A stretch of DNA of 64,000 nucleotides from Mobula birostris (GCF_030028105.1 NC_092401.1:7474984-7538983), one strand, 5' to 3'. Positions 1-12,604 are shown, counted from the first letter of the stretch. Notes: generated from the sequence alone by a model not told the origin. Numbers and translations are program-made.

Positions 1-143
1 AGTAGTCTCTTTGGATGTCTCTATTAGCTTTGCACAATGTGATGGAGCAAGATTTGCCCACTCCCACTTGCAAAGTTGCTCAAGCTGTTCCAGGTTAGTT
101 GGGGAGTGGCAGTAGACAGCAATCTTGAGATCTTGCCAGAGAT
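1..143 (-). mobile_element. Tc1/mariner transposase remnant, part 1
   Basis: Tc1-like sequence. Joins 1646+ to restore GCCAGAGAT|GTTTGATCAGG, so it was split by the CR1 insertion. Confidence 0.6.
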
Positions 144-209
144 ACTGCATACAAACATTTTGAAACCCGTGTCTAATTAGGGAGAATCAACATGGCTTTG
201 TGTGTAGTA

Positions 210-421
210 ATGCAAACATGAGGAATTCTGCAGATGCTTTAAATTCAAGCAACACACATCAAAGTTGCTGGTGAACGCAGCAGGCCAGGCAGCATCTCTA
301 GGAAGAGGTACAGTCGACGTTTCAGGCCGAGACCCTTCGTCAGGACGGTCAGGCTTGAAACGTCGACTGTACCTCTTCCTAGAGATGCTGCCTGGCCTGC
401 TGCGTTCACCAGCAGCTTTGA
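210..421. mobile_element. Penelope-terminus fold-back (palindromic) insertion
   Basis: About 80-bp inverted arms around a hammerhead; 13-bp direct repeat TTTGTGTGTAGTA at 197-209 and 422-434. Confidence 0.8.
311..348 (-). ncRNA. Minimal type I hammerhead motif, core intact, one stem I mismatch
   Basis: CCGTC-CTGACGA-AGGGTCTCGGCCT-GAAACGTC-GACTG. Confidence 0.75.
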
Positions 422-1645
422 TTTGTGTGTAGTACTTCGTGCCTTACCAACTTGACTTTGTTTTTGACAAGGTGTCAAGAGAGATTGATGAGGATAGGGC
501 AGTAGGTGTTGTCTACATGGATTTTTGTAAGATGTTTGACAAAGTCCCTCATGGGAGGTTAATCCAGAAGATTAAGATGCATAAACTCTGTGGCAAAGTG
601 GCTGTTTGGATTCAGAACTAGATTGCCCATACAAGACAGAGGGTAGTGGTTGAAGACACTTACTCGTGCTTATCTGCTGTTTGTGATGTATATAAATGAC
701 CTGGATGAAAACGTAGATGGGTTGGTTAGTAAATTTGTGGATGAAACCAAGATTGACTGAGTTGTGGATAGTGTAGAAGACTGGCAAAGAGTACAGTGCA
801 ATATAGATCAGTTCCCGATATGGACTGATAAATGGCCAGTAGAGTTCACCCCAGATAAGTGTGAGGTGTCGCACCTCAGTGGGGCAAATGCAAGGATACA
901 TAACACTGTTAAGGACAAGATCCTTAGCAGTGTTGCTGAGCAGGGAGATCTTGGGATCCAAGTTTATAGCTCCTGGAAAGTGGCCACCCAGGTTGATAAG
1001 GTGGTTAAGAAGGCTTATGGAATGCTTGCTTTTATTAGTCGAAACATTGAGTTCAAAAGTCAGGAGGTTGTGCTGCAACTTTATAAAACTCTGATTAGGC
1101 TACATCCACAGTATTGCATACAGTCCTGGTCACTCCACTATAGGAAGCCTTTGGAGAGAGTGCAGAAGAGATTTTCCAGGTTTGGAGGGAATGTGCTATT
1201 ATGAGAGACTGGATAAACTTGGGTTGTTTTCTTTAGAGTGCTGGAGACTGAGGGGAGATCTGATAGTGGTTTATAAGATTATGAGAGACATAGACAGAGG
1301 GGACAGAGAGTACTTGTTTCCCAGGGTTGAAATGTCTGATACCAGAGAGCATGCATTGAAGGTGAGAAGTGGTAGGTTCCCGCCGGGCGACGTGAGGGCT
1401 AAGTTCTTTATGCAGAGAGTTGTGGACGTCTGGATTGTTCTGTCTGGTATAGTGGTAGAGGCACATACATTAGAGGCTTTTAAGAGATGTTTGGATAGGC
1501 ACATGAATGTAAGGAAGATGGAATGATTAGACATGGTGTAGGAATGAGGGAGTCGGGTTTAGGTGTTTTTGAATTGCTTTTTAGCTAGTTTGGCATAACG
1601 TTTTGGCCAAATGGTCTGTTCCTGTGCTGCACTGTTCTATGTTTT

Positions 1646-2085
1646 AGATGTTTGATCAGGTTAAGGTCAGGACTCTGACTGGATCACTCAAGGCCATAAA
1701 TTTTCTTCATTTGAAGCCACTCCATGTTTGCTCTGGCAGTGTGCCTTGGGCCATTGTCCTGCTTAAAGATGAACTTCTGCCTCAGTTTAAGTTTCCTGGC
1801 AGAGATAAGCAGGTTTTTATCCAGGATCTCTCTGTATTAGCAGCATTCCTCTTCCCATTAATCCTGATCAGATTTCCAGTCCCTGCTGCTGTAGAGCATC
1901 TCCATAGTATGATGCTACTTCCACCGTACTTAACAGTAGGGAAGATGTTGCCTGGCTGATGTGCAGTATTACATCACACCTACTGCATAGTGTTGAGGCC
2001 CGAAAGATCAATTTTAGCCTCATTTGACCACAAGACCTTCTTCCACATCTTTACAGTATCTACGTGATGTTTTGCTAAGTGTTTA
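1646..2085 (-). mobile_element. Tc1/mariner transposase remnant, part 2 (DDE region)
   Basis: Plus-strand shadow [13 protein letters not shown] is the antisense of the Tc1 HGGGSIM.WG motif. Confidence 0.8.
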
Positions 2086-2119
2086 CAGGATATGCCTTTA
2101 TTTAGTGGTTTAAATCTAA

Positions 2120-2478
2120 TACTGCCAAAAGAGATGAGGAATGTCCTAAATACATTTTTTATATCTATATTTACTCAGGAGACAGACACAGATTTTATAG
2201 AAGTGAGGCAAAGAATCATCAACTTCATGGACCTTGTACGTATCACAGTGGAGGAGGTGTTTGCTGTTCTGAGGGAAAATCGGGTGGATAAGTCCCCAGG
2301 TGGTCCCTCTGATCCTGTGGGAGACAAATGCAGAAGTTTCTGGCACCCTGGCAGAGATATTTAAATCATCCTTAGTGATAGGTGAGGTGCAGGAGGATGT
2401 TGTTCCACTGTTCAAGAAAGGCTGTAGAAATAAACCAGGAAATTATAGGCTGATGAGTCTGACATCAGTAGTGTGGAA
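2120..2478 (+). mobile_element. CR1 ORF2 internal fragment
   Basis: FFISIFTQE, VDKSPG, VVPLFKKG..NKPGNYR..SLTSVV. Confidence 0.8.
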
Positions 2479-3035
2479 TATAAACTAGCTCGTTTTTACT
2501 CTCATATAAATCCTGTTTGTGACAGATGTCATTCTGACGTGGCTTCTTTGACTCATATGTTCTGGTCTTGCCCTCTTTTGAAAAAATTTTGGAAAGATTT
2601 TTTGATATTATTTCAACAGTTTTGCATATTGATTTACAACTCCCATCCTATTCCGGCAATCTTTGGTTCGCCAATGATGGAACATAGCTCTTTATCCTCT
2701 TCAGTCTGTCGAATGATCGCATTTGTTACATTAATGGCTAGAAGATCCATTTTATTGAATTGGAAAGAGACCAATCCCCCTACTACATTTCAATGGTTTT
2801 CCCAAACTATATCATGTTTAAATTTAGAAAAAATCAGAAGCGTCTCTTCCGATCCTTCGGTTAAATTCGAAGAGACTTGGAGGCCATTTATTCAACACTT
2901 TCATATGATGTAGCTTGACCTTTTCCGAATTCCTTTTTATTAACCTAGAATATATGGATAGAGGAGCGGAGTTAACGACATTAATGATTGTATTCGATGT
3001 AATATATTAGCCCAGCCTTGTTTTGTTTTGTTTAG
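2479..3035 (+). mobile_element. L1-clade LINE 3' fragment (ORF2 C-terminal CCHC domain)
   Basis: CDRC....ASLTHMFWSC..LKKFW...LEKIR...F...W.PF, typical of the L1 ORF2 C-terminus. Confidence 0.85.
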
Positions 3036-3210
3036 ATTAGTTTTTGGTTCAGGTTGTTCCTATAGAGTCTACAAAGGCTGGGGCCTAACAGAGTTGTAAA
3101 ATTAGTACTAGCCTCCATGGTATCCAAGAGATTTTCAAGGAATGGTGCCTCAAAAAAGCAGCGTCCATCATTAAGGAGAACCCCCTCCCCACCAAGGACA
3201 TGATTTCTTC

Positions 3211-3352
3211 GCAAACAAGAGGAATTCTGCAGATGCTAGAAATTCAAGCAACACACATCAAAGTTGCTGGTAAATGCAGCAGGCCAGGCAGCATCTCTAG
3301 GAAGAGGTACAGTTGACGTTTCAGGCCGAGACCCTTCGTCAGGACCCTTCGT
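3211..3352 (-). mobile_element. Short Penelope 3'-terminal insertion with TSD
   Basis: 12-bp TSD CATGATTTCTTC at 3199-3210 and 3353-3364; 5' end falls at the hammerhead. Confidence 0.85.
3310..3347 (-). ncRNA. Minimal hammerhead motif, core intact, stem I disrupted
   Basis: GGGTC-CTGACGA-AGGGTCTCGGCCT-GAAACGTC-AACTG. Confidence 0.65.
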
Positions 3353-3505
3353 CATGATTTCTTCTCATTGTTACCACCATGAAGGAGGTACAGAAGCTTG
3401 AAGCACACATTCAGCAATTCAGGAACAGTTTCTTCAGCTCTGCCATTCAATTTCTAAATGGACATTGAACCCATAAACACTACATCACTTTTTTTATTAT
3501 TTCTG

Positions 3506-6500
3506 TGTAACATGCTGCAGGGTTTCACTGATAATGTAATGGTTTCTCTGTAGCAGCAATGTTTGGGTTATGTCTAGAGATAACGGGGTTTGGAATGCTG
3601 TTGTTCTTTCTTGTGAGTCTGGAAGAGAGACTTTTCACAATCTTTTGGCTGGGGAGAGATGAGGAGACGCGAATGGAGAGAGTTGGTAGACTGCTGGACA
3701 GAGTGGACTTGGAGCGAGAGTCCGAAGGGCAGTCACGATTGGAGAAGGTCGATGGTGGACTATCAGCTGATCTGTGAGCTCCAACATTGCACAATAGACT
3801 GTTCCATAAGATTGGGCCCTCCTTTTTTTTCCGTTTTCTTTACTAACCATATAGTTAGGGTAAGAATTATAAAGCTTAATTGTTTAATCGCTGTACTGTT
3901 TGTTATTCGGGGTACTGATTTGTAACAGGGGACACATCGCGCAGCATCCACCCAAAGGAGATTTCTTAAGTTTGGCCAGGCCAGGGACTATCACCTCCTA
4001 TACTAAGCCGTTAGCCGAAGGAAGAGTTACAAATTGTGGGGGCTACGTTCGGGATTGATTCCATTACTCTGATTACTCTGATTGTGTGATTACTGTGAGC
4101 AATGAACCAGTGGGGCAGATATTTGTACTCTGGATGAATTGTTAATTCCACTGTTAAGTACTGTTGAAGTTGCAATTGTGGGCAGAGGTTTGATAAAATG
4201 GTGGGTGCAGCTCTCGTTTTAATGCAGACCAGCGCTGATGTAGCTGGGGACGGAGATTTCAAAGACAGGGTTCTATCATTTCTGAGGAGTGAGGGGAAAG
4301 AGTTGTCGGATTTGGAATGTCTAATTAATCCACATCCTCTGGTGAAGAGTGAGAATTCTGAGTTAGTATCCACCCTTACTTCTCTGGCGAATAAATGGAA
4401 AAATCAGATTCAAAGTCCCAGCTGTGTTTGGCTCTACCTGTTCTCTGGAATTACGCCCACCCCTAAAGGGGAGGAGGAGTATGAGGCTTGGGTGGAGCAG
4501 ACCTCTCAGTTGTTAGATGAGTGGCAGTGCTCTGATGATGTAAGGCGACAGGGATTGGTTGAACGCTTGAATGGACGGGCCGCTGACGTTGGGAGAGCCG
4601 TCTGGTTGAAATCTCCCACAGTGACAGCTGTCAATTATCTGCAAGCACTAGACAATGCTTTTGCCCGACTGGAAGCCCAATGGAGCTCCTGGTGGGATTT
4701 CAGAGCATGCGTCAGGAGAATGGGGAGAAGCTTTCTGCTTTTATTTTTCGGCTAGAGAGGCAGTTAAGTTGCTCGCAGCGCAGAGGGGTCATTCAGGCGG
4801 CTGAGGTGGATCAGTTAAGAATGGACCGGGTAGCCAGAAGCGCCCAGTCCCATGACCTGATTGCTTGGGGTCTCCGACAGTCTCGTAAGACGCCCCCCTC
4901 CATCTTTTGTTGAGCCGATCTGAGAGGTACGGGAAGAGGAGAATGCGGCGGCGGCGCCGGAGGGCTTGTCGGCAGGGTACAGTCCTCGGTAATAGCCCCC
5001 TGCGGTGAAGTGGCCACAGACAGCCTACCCTTGGGGAGCCGTAGAGGAGATTGTGGCAGAGTTGAGAACGGAGATACAGTATGTCGGCTGTTATCAGTGG
5101 GTGTGAACCCCCCATATGATGGAGCTGATGGGGGGGGGGGATTCCCCGAGGGTACGGACAATGCGGAGGGCTGCTGGCAGCAGGAGTCGCGCCAGAAGGA
5201 GAGTGAGCTCCCGGGTACCTCAGCAGGGAGAGTCGTTGGGAAAACTTAGAGGAGACCCAGTGAGGGAACGGCCTGGTGTTTCTGGGGGAACACGTTCCCA
5301 GCAATGTACCAAGGAACCCCCGAAAGGGAAAGGCCCAATTCCTGAAGGTTTATTGGGACCACGCTCCAGTGTGTCGCTATGGATAGAGGGTATTTATGCT
5401 AAAGCCAAACTCGGCACAGGGTCGCAGGTCACGTTGTTGTACTGTTTGTTTTACAGCCGGTAATGAAGCATTTACCCTTGACACCATTCAGGGCACTGGA
5501 GATTTGCGGGCTTAATGCTAGTGATTATCCGTATGATGGTTATTTGTCGGTGAAGTTGGAGTTCTCGGAAGCCGATGTGGGAGTGTCGGAGGTCCTTGAT
5601 ACATCGGTGCCGGTTTGTCCAGACCTTGCTGAGACGGGCGGCGTTTCAGTTCTGGTGGGGACCAGCATCCCTCTGGTATGGAGGCTCATGGGGGCCTGCA
5701 AGGAGAAGGCTGGCGAGAGCTTTTTGGGAACATTGTCCGTGCACCCGGGGTTTCGAGCTGCTTTTGAGAAAATGCATGGCAGCATTGAGCCAGATACCGA
5801 ATTTAAACGAGGGACTGTGTGGTTCACCCAGTCGAAGCCAATGGTGGTACGGCCTGGGGAAGTGATGGAGACCCCAGATTTCCCAGTGTGCCTGAGGGTG
5901 AAGCCCTCTCGGTGGACGCTCCGGGAAGACGACGAGGGGGAGTCAGGATTTCTTGCTGGGGTACTGGTGAGGCCTGAATTGCAGAAGCCCTCGGCTGTAC
6001 AGGAACGCAGGATGGCAGTGATTGTCAGGAACACCACGAAGAGGGAGGTCACCTTCAAGCGGGGGATGCCCCCGGTGCATTTGTTCCTAGTGACAGTAAC
6101 GTCTACTGTCCCTGTGAGACACGCCGGGGAGAAACTATTGGAAAAGGGGGAAAAGTTGACCGCTGAGTCATTCAACTTTGGGCACTCCCCGATGCCGCCG
6201 GGTTGGAAGAGGAGGTTGGTAGAGATGATGTTGAAGCTGGAAGGTGTCTTTTCCACTGATGAGTTTGATGTGAGTTGTTCCAAGAACACGCGTCACACTA
6301 TCCGGGTGATTGAGGATATCCCACTCAGAGAAATGTCACGGCGACTGGCCCCTGCATTGTTGGAGGACGTTCGGCAGCATTTGTGTAAGTTGAAGGAAGC
6401 CGGGATCATCACCGAGTCCCAAAGCCCGTATGCGTCCCCAGTAGTAGTGACCCGAAAGGAGAATGGGAAGGTACGGATGTGTGTGGACTGTACGACTCTG

Positions 6501-6836
6501 AACAGGCGGACCGTCCCTGACCAGTATACTGTCCCGAGGATTGAAGACGAGCTGGCCTGTCTGAGTGGTGCGAAGTGGTTCAGTGTGCTGGACTTGAGCG
6601 GATATTACCAGATCCCCATGAGTGAGGCCGACAAAGAGAAAACGGCATTTATAAATCCCCTAAGATTTTTCCAATTCGAAAGGATGCCCCAGGGCATTCG
6701 GTAGCTCCTGCAGCCTTCCAGCGGGTCATGGAGAAGACGGTGGGGGGATATGAACTTACTTGAGGTATTGGTGTATCTGGATGACCTCATGGTATTTGGA
6801 TCACTCCCTATATTTAGCCGCTAGCCGAAGCGAGAG
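3506..6836 (+). mobile_element. Ty3/Gypsy LTR retrotransposon with PNMA-like gag, 3'-deleted
   Basis: 5' LTR 3506-4031 (TGTAAC...GTTACA); PBS at 4037-4055 matching tRNA-Pro (TGGGGGCT-A-CGTTCGGGAT); gag LFSG..PTPKGEEEYEAW; protease then RT (YASPVV..RK.NG..RMCVD, FSVLDL, YLDD near 6775); about 37-bp 3' LTR remnant at 6800-6836; TTCTG on both flanks; frameshifted. Confidence 0.9.
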
Positions 6837-7344
6837 TTCTGTTTTTAGCACTATTTTTAATTTAACGATTTAATATACGCATATATACTCATTGTAATGC
6901 ACCTTATGTTGGTCTGTCAACTGCCATTAAACAACATTTGAACAACGTTCCATGTACTTAAGATATGACTAGATTTATAACACCAGGAGGAAAACAGTTT
7001 CATTTTGAATTTAGATATGACTCACTTTGTTCGTTCTGAGTTTAGCAGCATCCTAAAGCCACACACAGAAAGAGAGTAAGATCTCAGTGTATGCAGAATG
7101 GGGCGGGGGGCAAGATTTTAGAAAAGTAGCTGAAATTTTACTTGAAATAAACATTTTTTGGAAGTCTTAAGTCTGCAGAGATAGAGCTTGCGAAACTGAG
7201 GCCGGCCGAGGCATTGGGAGCTTCTGCTGTGAGCGGTTCGCAGACGAAGGAGGGGTAAACAGAGGGCAGGATTGAATAATTCAGAGTAGGTCAGGAGGAA
7301 ATGAGAGTTCGATATACTGGAAGTGATGAGAAAGAGCAACAACA

Positions 7345-7425
7345 CACTCCACCTGACCTGCTGAGTTCCTCCAGCATTTCAGTCTGTTGCTCCGGAATTC
7401 CCGCATCTGCAGAATCTCTTGTGTT
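7345..7425 (+). mobile_element. Penelope 3'-terminal fragment (no hammerhead)
   Basis: CCTGACCTGCTGAGTTCCTCCAGCA...CATCTGCAGAATCTCTTGTG matches the other pLTR termini in the window. Confidence 0.6.
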
Positions 7426-9821
7426 CAAGAACAAAATTTATATGAGAGTGGACTTGCAATAGGTTAGCATTTGGTACAGTGAATGAGTCCTTTAGCTATA
7501 TACCACAGAAACAAACCCAACTCATCCATGCTGAACAAACAGCCAACTTGAGCTAACCCCATTTATCTACATTTGACCCACATCCCTCTACATCATTCAT
7601 ACCGACGTACCTATCAATATAGAGAAACAATGAAAACCTACAGCACAAGACAGGCCCTTTGGCCCACAAAGCTGTGCTGAACATGTCCTTACCTTAGAGC
7701 TACCTGGGCTTATCCATAGCCCTCTATTTCTCTAAGCTCCATGTACCTGTCCAGGAGTCTCTTAAAAGACCCTATCGAATCTGCCTCCACCGCCGCCGCC
7801 GGCAACCCATTCCACACACTCACCACTCCCTGCATAAAAAACTTATCCCTGACATCTCCTCTGTACCTACTTCCAAGCACCTTAAAACTATGTCCTCTTG
7901 TGCCAGCCATTTCAGCCCTGGGAAAAAGCCTCTGGCTATCCACACGATCAATGTCTCTCATCATCTTGTACACCTCTATCGGGTCACCTCTCATCCTCCG
8001 TCACCCCAAGGAGAAAAAGCCGAGTTCACTCAACCTATTATCATAAGGCATGCTCCCCAATCCAGGCAACATCCTTGTAAATCTCCTCAGCACCCTTTTT
8101 ATGGTTTCCACATCCTGCCTGTAGTGAGGGAACCAGAACTGAGTACAGTACTCCAATTGGGGTATGACCAGGATCCTATGTAGCTGCAACATTACCTCTT
8201 GGCTCTTAAACTCAATCTCATGATTGATGAAGGCCAATGCCCTGTATGCCTTTCTAACCACAGAATCAACCTGCACAGCAGCTTTTAGTGTCCTATGGAC
8301 TCGAACCCCGAGATCCCTCTGATCCTCCACACTGCCAAGAGTCTTATCATTAATGCTATATTCTGCCATCATACTTGACCTACCAAATGAACCACCTCAC
8401 ACTTATCTGGGTTGAACTCCATCTGCCACTTCTCAGCCCAGTTTTGCATCCTATCAATGTCCTGTTGTAACCTCTGACAGCCCTCCACACTATCCACAAC
8501 ACCCCCAACCTTCGTGTCATCAGCAAATTTACTAACCCATCTCTCCACTTCCTCATCCAGGTCATTTATAAAAATCACCGAGTCCCAGAACAGATCCCTA
8601 AGGCACACCACTGGTCACTGACCTCCATGCAGAATATGACCTGTATACAACCACTCTGCCTTCTGTGAGCAAGCCAATTCTGGATCCACAAAGCAATGTC
8701 CCCTTGGATCCCATACCTCCTTACTTTCTCAATAAGCCTTGCATGGAGTACCTTATCAAATGCCTTGCTGAAATCCATATACACTACATCTACGGCTCTA
8801 CCTTCATCAATGTGTTTAGTCACATCCTCAAAAAATTCAGTCAGGCTCATAAGGCATGACCTGTCTTTGACAAAGCCATGCTGGCTATTCCTAATCATAT
8901 TATGCCTCTCCAAATGTTCATAAATCCAGCTTCTTAGGATATTCTCCATCAACTTACTATCCACTGAAGTAAGACTCAGTGGTCTATAATTTCCTGGGCT
9001 ATCTCTGCCTCCTTCTTGAACAAGGGAAAAACATCCGCAAACCTCCACTCCTCAAAATTCTCCCATCCTTATTGATGATACAAGGATCATCGCCAGAGGC
9101 TCAGCAACCTCCTCCCTCGCTTCCCACAGTAGCCTGGGGTACATCCCGTCCTGTCCCGGTGACTTATCCAACGTAATGCTTTCCAAAAGCTCCAGCATAT
9201 CCTCTTTCTTAATATCTGCATGCTCAAGCTTTTCAGTCCGCTGCAAGTCATCCCTAAAATCGCCAAGATTCTTTTCCATAGTGAATACTGAAGCAAAGTA
9301 TTCAGTAAGTACTTCTGCTATCTCCTCTGGTTCCATACACGCTTTTCCACTGTCACACTTGATTGGTCCTATTCTCTCATGTCTTATCCTCTTGCTCTTC
9401 ACATACTTGTAGAAGGCCTTGAGGTTTTCCTTAATTCTGTCTGCCAAGGCCTTCTCATGGCCCCTTCTAGCTCTCCGCATTTCATTTTAATCTCCTTCCT
9501 GCTAGCCTTATAATCTTCTAGATCTCTATCATTTCCTAGTTTTTTGAACCTCTCGTAAGCTCTTCTTTTCTTCTTGACTAGATTTACAACAGCCTTTATA
9601 CACCACGGTTCCTGTACCCTACCATCCTTTCCCTGTCTCATTGGAACGTACCTACGCAGAACCCCACGCAAATATACCCTGAACATTTGCCACATTTCTT
9701 CAGTACGTTTCCCTGAGAACATCTGTTTCCAGTGTATGCTTCCAAGTTCCTGCCTGATAGCCTCATATTTCCCCTTACTCCAATTAAACGTTTCCTGAAC
9801 TTGTCTGTTCCTATCCCTCTC

Positions 9822-10463
9822 GACTAGGAATGGCGGGAGGAGAAGATAGTGCGCCATGCGCGCGCAGCCCTCCGGTGAAAAATGATATTTTATCCGTTAA
9901 ATAGGGGCCGTGAACAATCCTGATTTGATGGAGACAGACGTGAAAGCACAGAGGAACATCTGAAGAAATTTCTGAAATGCCCGTTCACTGCTCTTGTTAC
10001 TGCGTGATCAAGAATCTCCAGAGGGTAGGCCCCAAAATCCCCGGCTTTGCCTGCTGCTGGCAACCGAGATTGAGGTCGAATCATTTGGATAGAGATGGTG
10101 CTTGGTACTTGGTGTCAGGGGCTGATCGGAGGCTCGAAGTTTTTGGATGACTCAGAGTCGGACTGTGGTTGGGCATGGCAGGGAGAGTTTTCTTCCTTCT
10201 CCCGTCTGCGTGAGATGTGGGACATTTGAGAGACTTTGAACTTTTTACTGTGCCATGGTCTGTTCTTCATCAAGTTATGGTATTGTTGCACTGTTGTAAC
10301 TATATTTTATAATTATATGGTTTTTTTAGTTTTTTCAGTCTTGGTCTGTCCTGTGTTTTGTGATATCACTGCGGAGGAATAATGTATCATTTCTTAATGC
10401 ATGCATTACTAAATGACAATAAAAAGAGGACTGCGTGTCCTCATAATCTATAATCTATAATCT
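9822..10463 (+). mobile_element. Non-autonomous retroposon family X, copy 1
   Basis: Similar to 13553-14152 and 43484-44138; ends AATAAAAA-GAGGACTGCGTGTCCTC followed by an (ATAATCT)n tail. Confidence 0.75.
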
Positions 10464-10489
10464 CCAATGCTATGGTAAAAGAGATATAA

Positions 10490-12604
10490 TGTTATAACGG
10501 GGGGCACTGGGAGTGGACACAAATGCAAGACACAGACACTGAAGGGAGCTGGACTGGACTAGGCGTAGGGACGGGGCAGGACACAGACTAGGATCTGGGA
10601 CAGGAACACAGACTTGGGCTAGGACTTGGCTAGGAGAGCAGGACCAGGACAAGGAACGGGGAACAAGGAGCTTGGGCTTGGACTTCGAGCCAGAGACTGG
10701 ACAAGGACCCAGACCCTGGGTCTTGACTTGGGCTCGGACTCCGGAACGAGGCAAGGAGATGATGTGGTCTTGGGAGACAGGAACCTGGGAGCCTAGGATG
10801 AGGACTGGACGCTCGGAGCCTTGGACGAGGACTGGATGCTCAGGGCCTTGGTCTAGAGCATAGGAACACGGAACCTTGGACTTGAGAGAGGAACATGGAA
10901 CACAGAGCTGGGACCCCTCCTTGGAACAGCACGTAGGGATAGTTCTCCACACAGATAGTGGCAAACGACCAGACCTACCTAGTGAAGGCGTGGACACAGA
11001 GATGGTTCCCAACACAAGGTAGCGGCAAATGGCCCGATCTACCTAGTGAAGGCGTGGACACGGAGACAGTTCCCAACAACGATAGGCAGTTCCTTATCTA
11101 GACATAGCAAGGCTCCGGTCTTACTCCGGCGGTAGAACTTGCTGGTGAAACAGGCAAGGCTTCAGAAAGAAGGGGAAGAGAAGGGAACAGTCCAGCCTCA
11201 GGGTAATGGCAAAGATGGCCTGACTTACCCCACAGAGGCGAGGACAGGATACTGACGAGACAAACAAGCTCCCACACTCGAACCCAAGGCCACTTATATT
11301 CCCAGCCCCAAGTTGAGCATCAGCTGCCTATGATTAAGCCCAAATGAAACAAGGGACAGCCTGAAGACCAGTAGTCTGGAGTCCATGGACCAGACTGTGA
11401 ACCAGAACGCGGACGTCATGGACCAGACCATGACAGTACCCCCCCCCCCCACCCCCCATGGGATCCTCCGGGTGACCGAAGAGGCTCTCCAGGAATAAGG
11501 ACGACCTGGGCGGGTCGAGGGGGGGGTGTTGCGGTATTCAATCAGGAGGGAACACAGGATGACGAGAGTTAGACAGCAGTGTCTGTGTTGCTGGGTCCAT
11601 TTATGGCTGGTTCGTTCTGTCATAACAGGGAGCGCTGGGAGCGGACCCAAATGCAAGACACAGACAGTGAAGTACTAGGAACTGGACTGGACTATGTTTA
11701 GAGATGGGACAGGACACAGACTAGGAGCTGGGACAGTAACACGGACTTCAGCTAGGACTTGGATAGGAAAGTGGGACCAGGGCAAGGAACTGGGAACAAG
11801 GAGCCTGGGCTTGGACTCCGAGCCAGAGGCTGGACAAGGACTCAGAACCTGGGTCTTGACTTGGGCTTGGACCCCGGAACTAGGTGAGGAGATGACGAGG
11901 CTTGGGTTCTTCAAGGCTTAGCCAGGACCCCTCCTTGAGAACAGGACATAGGGCCGGGACTCAAACACAGAACACAGGGCCGGGACTCAAACACAGAACA
12001 CAGAGAGACAGTTTCCAACACAAGGTAGCGGCAAATGGCTGGACATACCTAGTGAAGGCATGGACACAGAGACAGTTCCCTACACAAGGTAGCGGTAAAT
12101 GGCCGGACCTACCTAGCGAAGATGTGGACACAGAGATGGTTCCCAACTCAATGTAGTGGCAAACAGCCGGACCTACCTAGTGAAGGTGTGGATACAGAGA
12201 GCGTTCCCAACAACGGTAGACAGTTCCTTATCTGGACACAGCAAGGCTCCGGTCTTACTCCGGCGGTAGAACTTGACGGTGAAACAGGCAAGGCTTCAGA
12301 AGGAAGGGGAAGAGAAGGGAACAGTCCAGCCTCAGGGTAACAGCAAAGACAGCCTGGCTTACCCAATGGAGGCAAGGACAGGAAGGGACAGATCCAACTG
12401 CAGGGTAACGGCAAAGATGGCCTGACTTACGCCATGGAGGTGAGGACGGGATACTGACAAGATGAACCAGCCCCCACACTCGAACCCAGAGCCACTTATA
12501 TTCCCAGCCCCAAGACGAGCATCAGGTGCCTATGATTAAGCCCAGCTGAAACAAGGGACGGCCAGAAGACCCAGAGTCTGGAGTCCATGGACTGGACCAT
12601 GACA
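10490..12604 (-). mobile_element. Miniature two-LTR retrotransposon (Tf1/sushi-like), 182-bp internal region
   Basis: LTRs 11618-12604 and 10490-11435 (TGTCATGG...TRACA); internal 11436-11617 with PBS-like tract, ATGGACCCAGCA (MDPA) and G-rich PPT; 5-bp TSD TATAA/TAGAA. Confidence 0.85.
11998..12215. repeat. 64-bp tandem repeat inside LTR (about 3.5 copies)
   Basis: Unit starts at 11998, 12064, 12128, 12192. The same unit occurs at 10935-11085, 21062-21150 and, inverted, 58880-59070. Confidence 0.85.

Larger units (their letters stand above)
144..1645 (+). mobile_element. 5'-truncated CR1 LINE (RT and 3' end), degenerate
   Basis: SQHGFV, VYMDF.K.FDKVPHGRLI, YCIQSWS, RLRGDLI motifs; CR1-type 3' tail CTGTGCTG..CTGTTCTATG. 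Confidence 0.9.
3040..3505 (+). mobile_element. Rex1/Babar LINE 3' fragment (3' UTR resumes at about 6837-6900)
   Basis: KAASIIK...H..FSLLP..RRYRSL..H..QFRNSFF.SAI pattern; interrupted by Penelope and Gypsy insertions. Confidence 0.75.

Noticed and set aside
2473-2913. 146-aa ORF with CCHC motif as a host zinc-finger gene
   Set aside because: It is the C-terminus of an L1 ORF2 abutting a CR1 fragment.
5540-6289. 249-aa minus-strand ORF
   Set aside because: Antisense shadow of Gypsy pol.
10935-12215. Regular 64-bp repeats superficially like a CRISPR array
   Set aside because: Contiguous tandem units without unique spacers, inside eukaryotic LTRs, and no cas genes.
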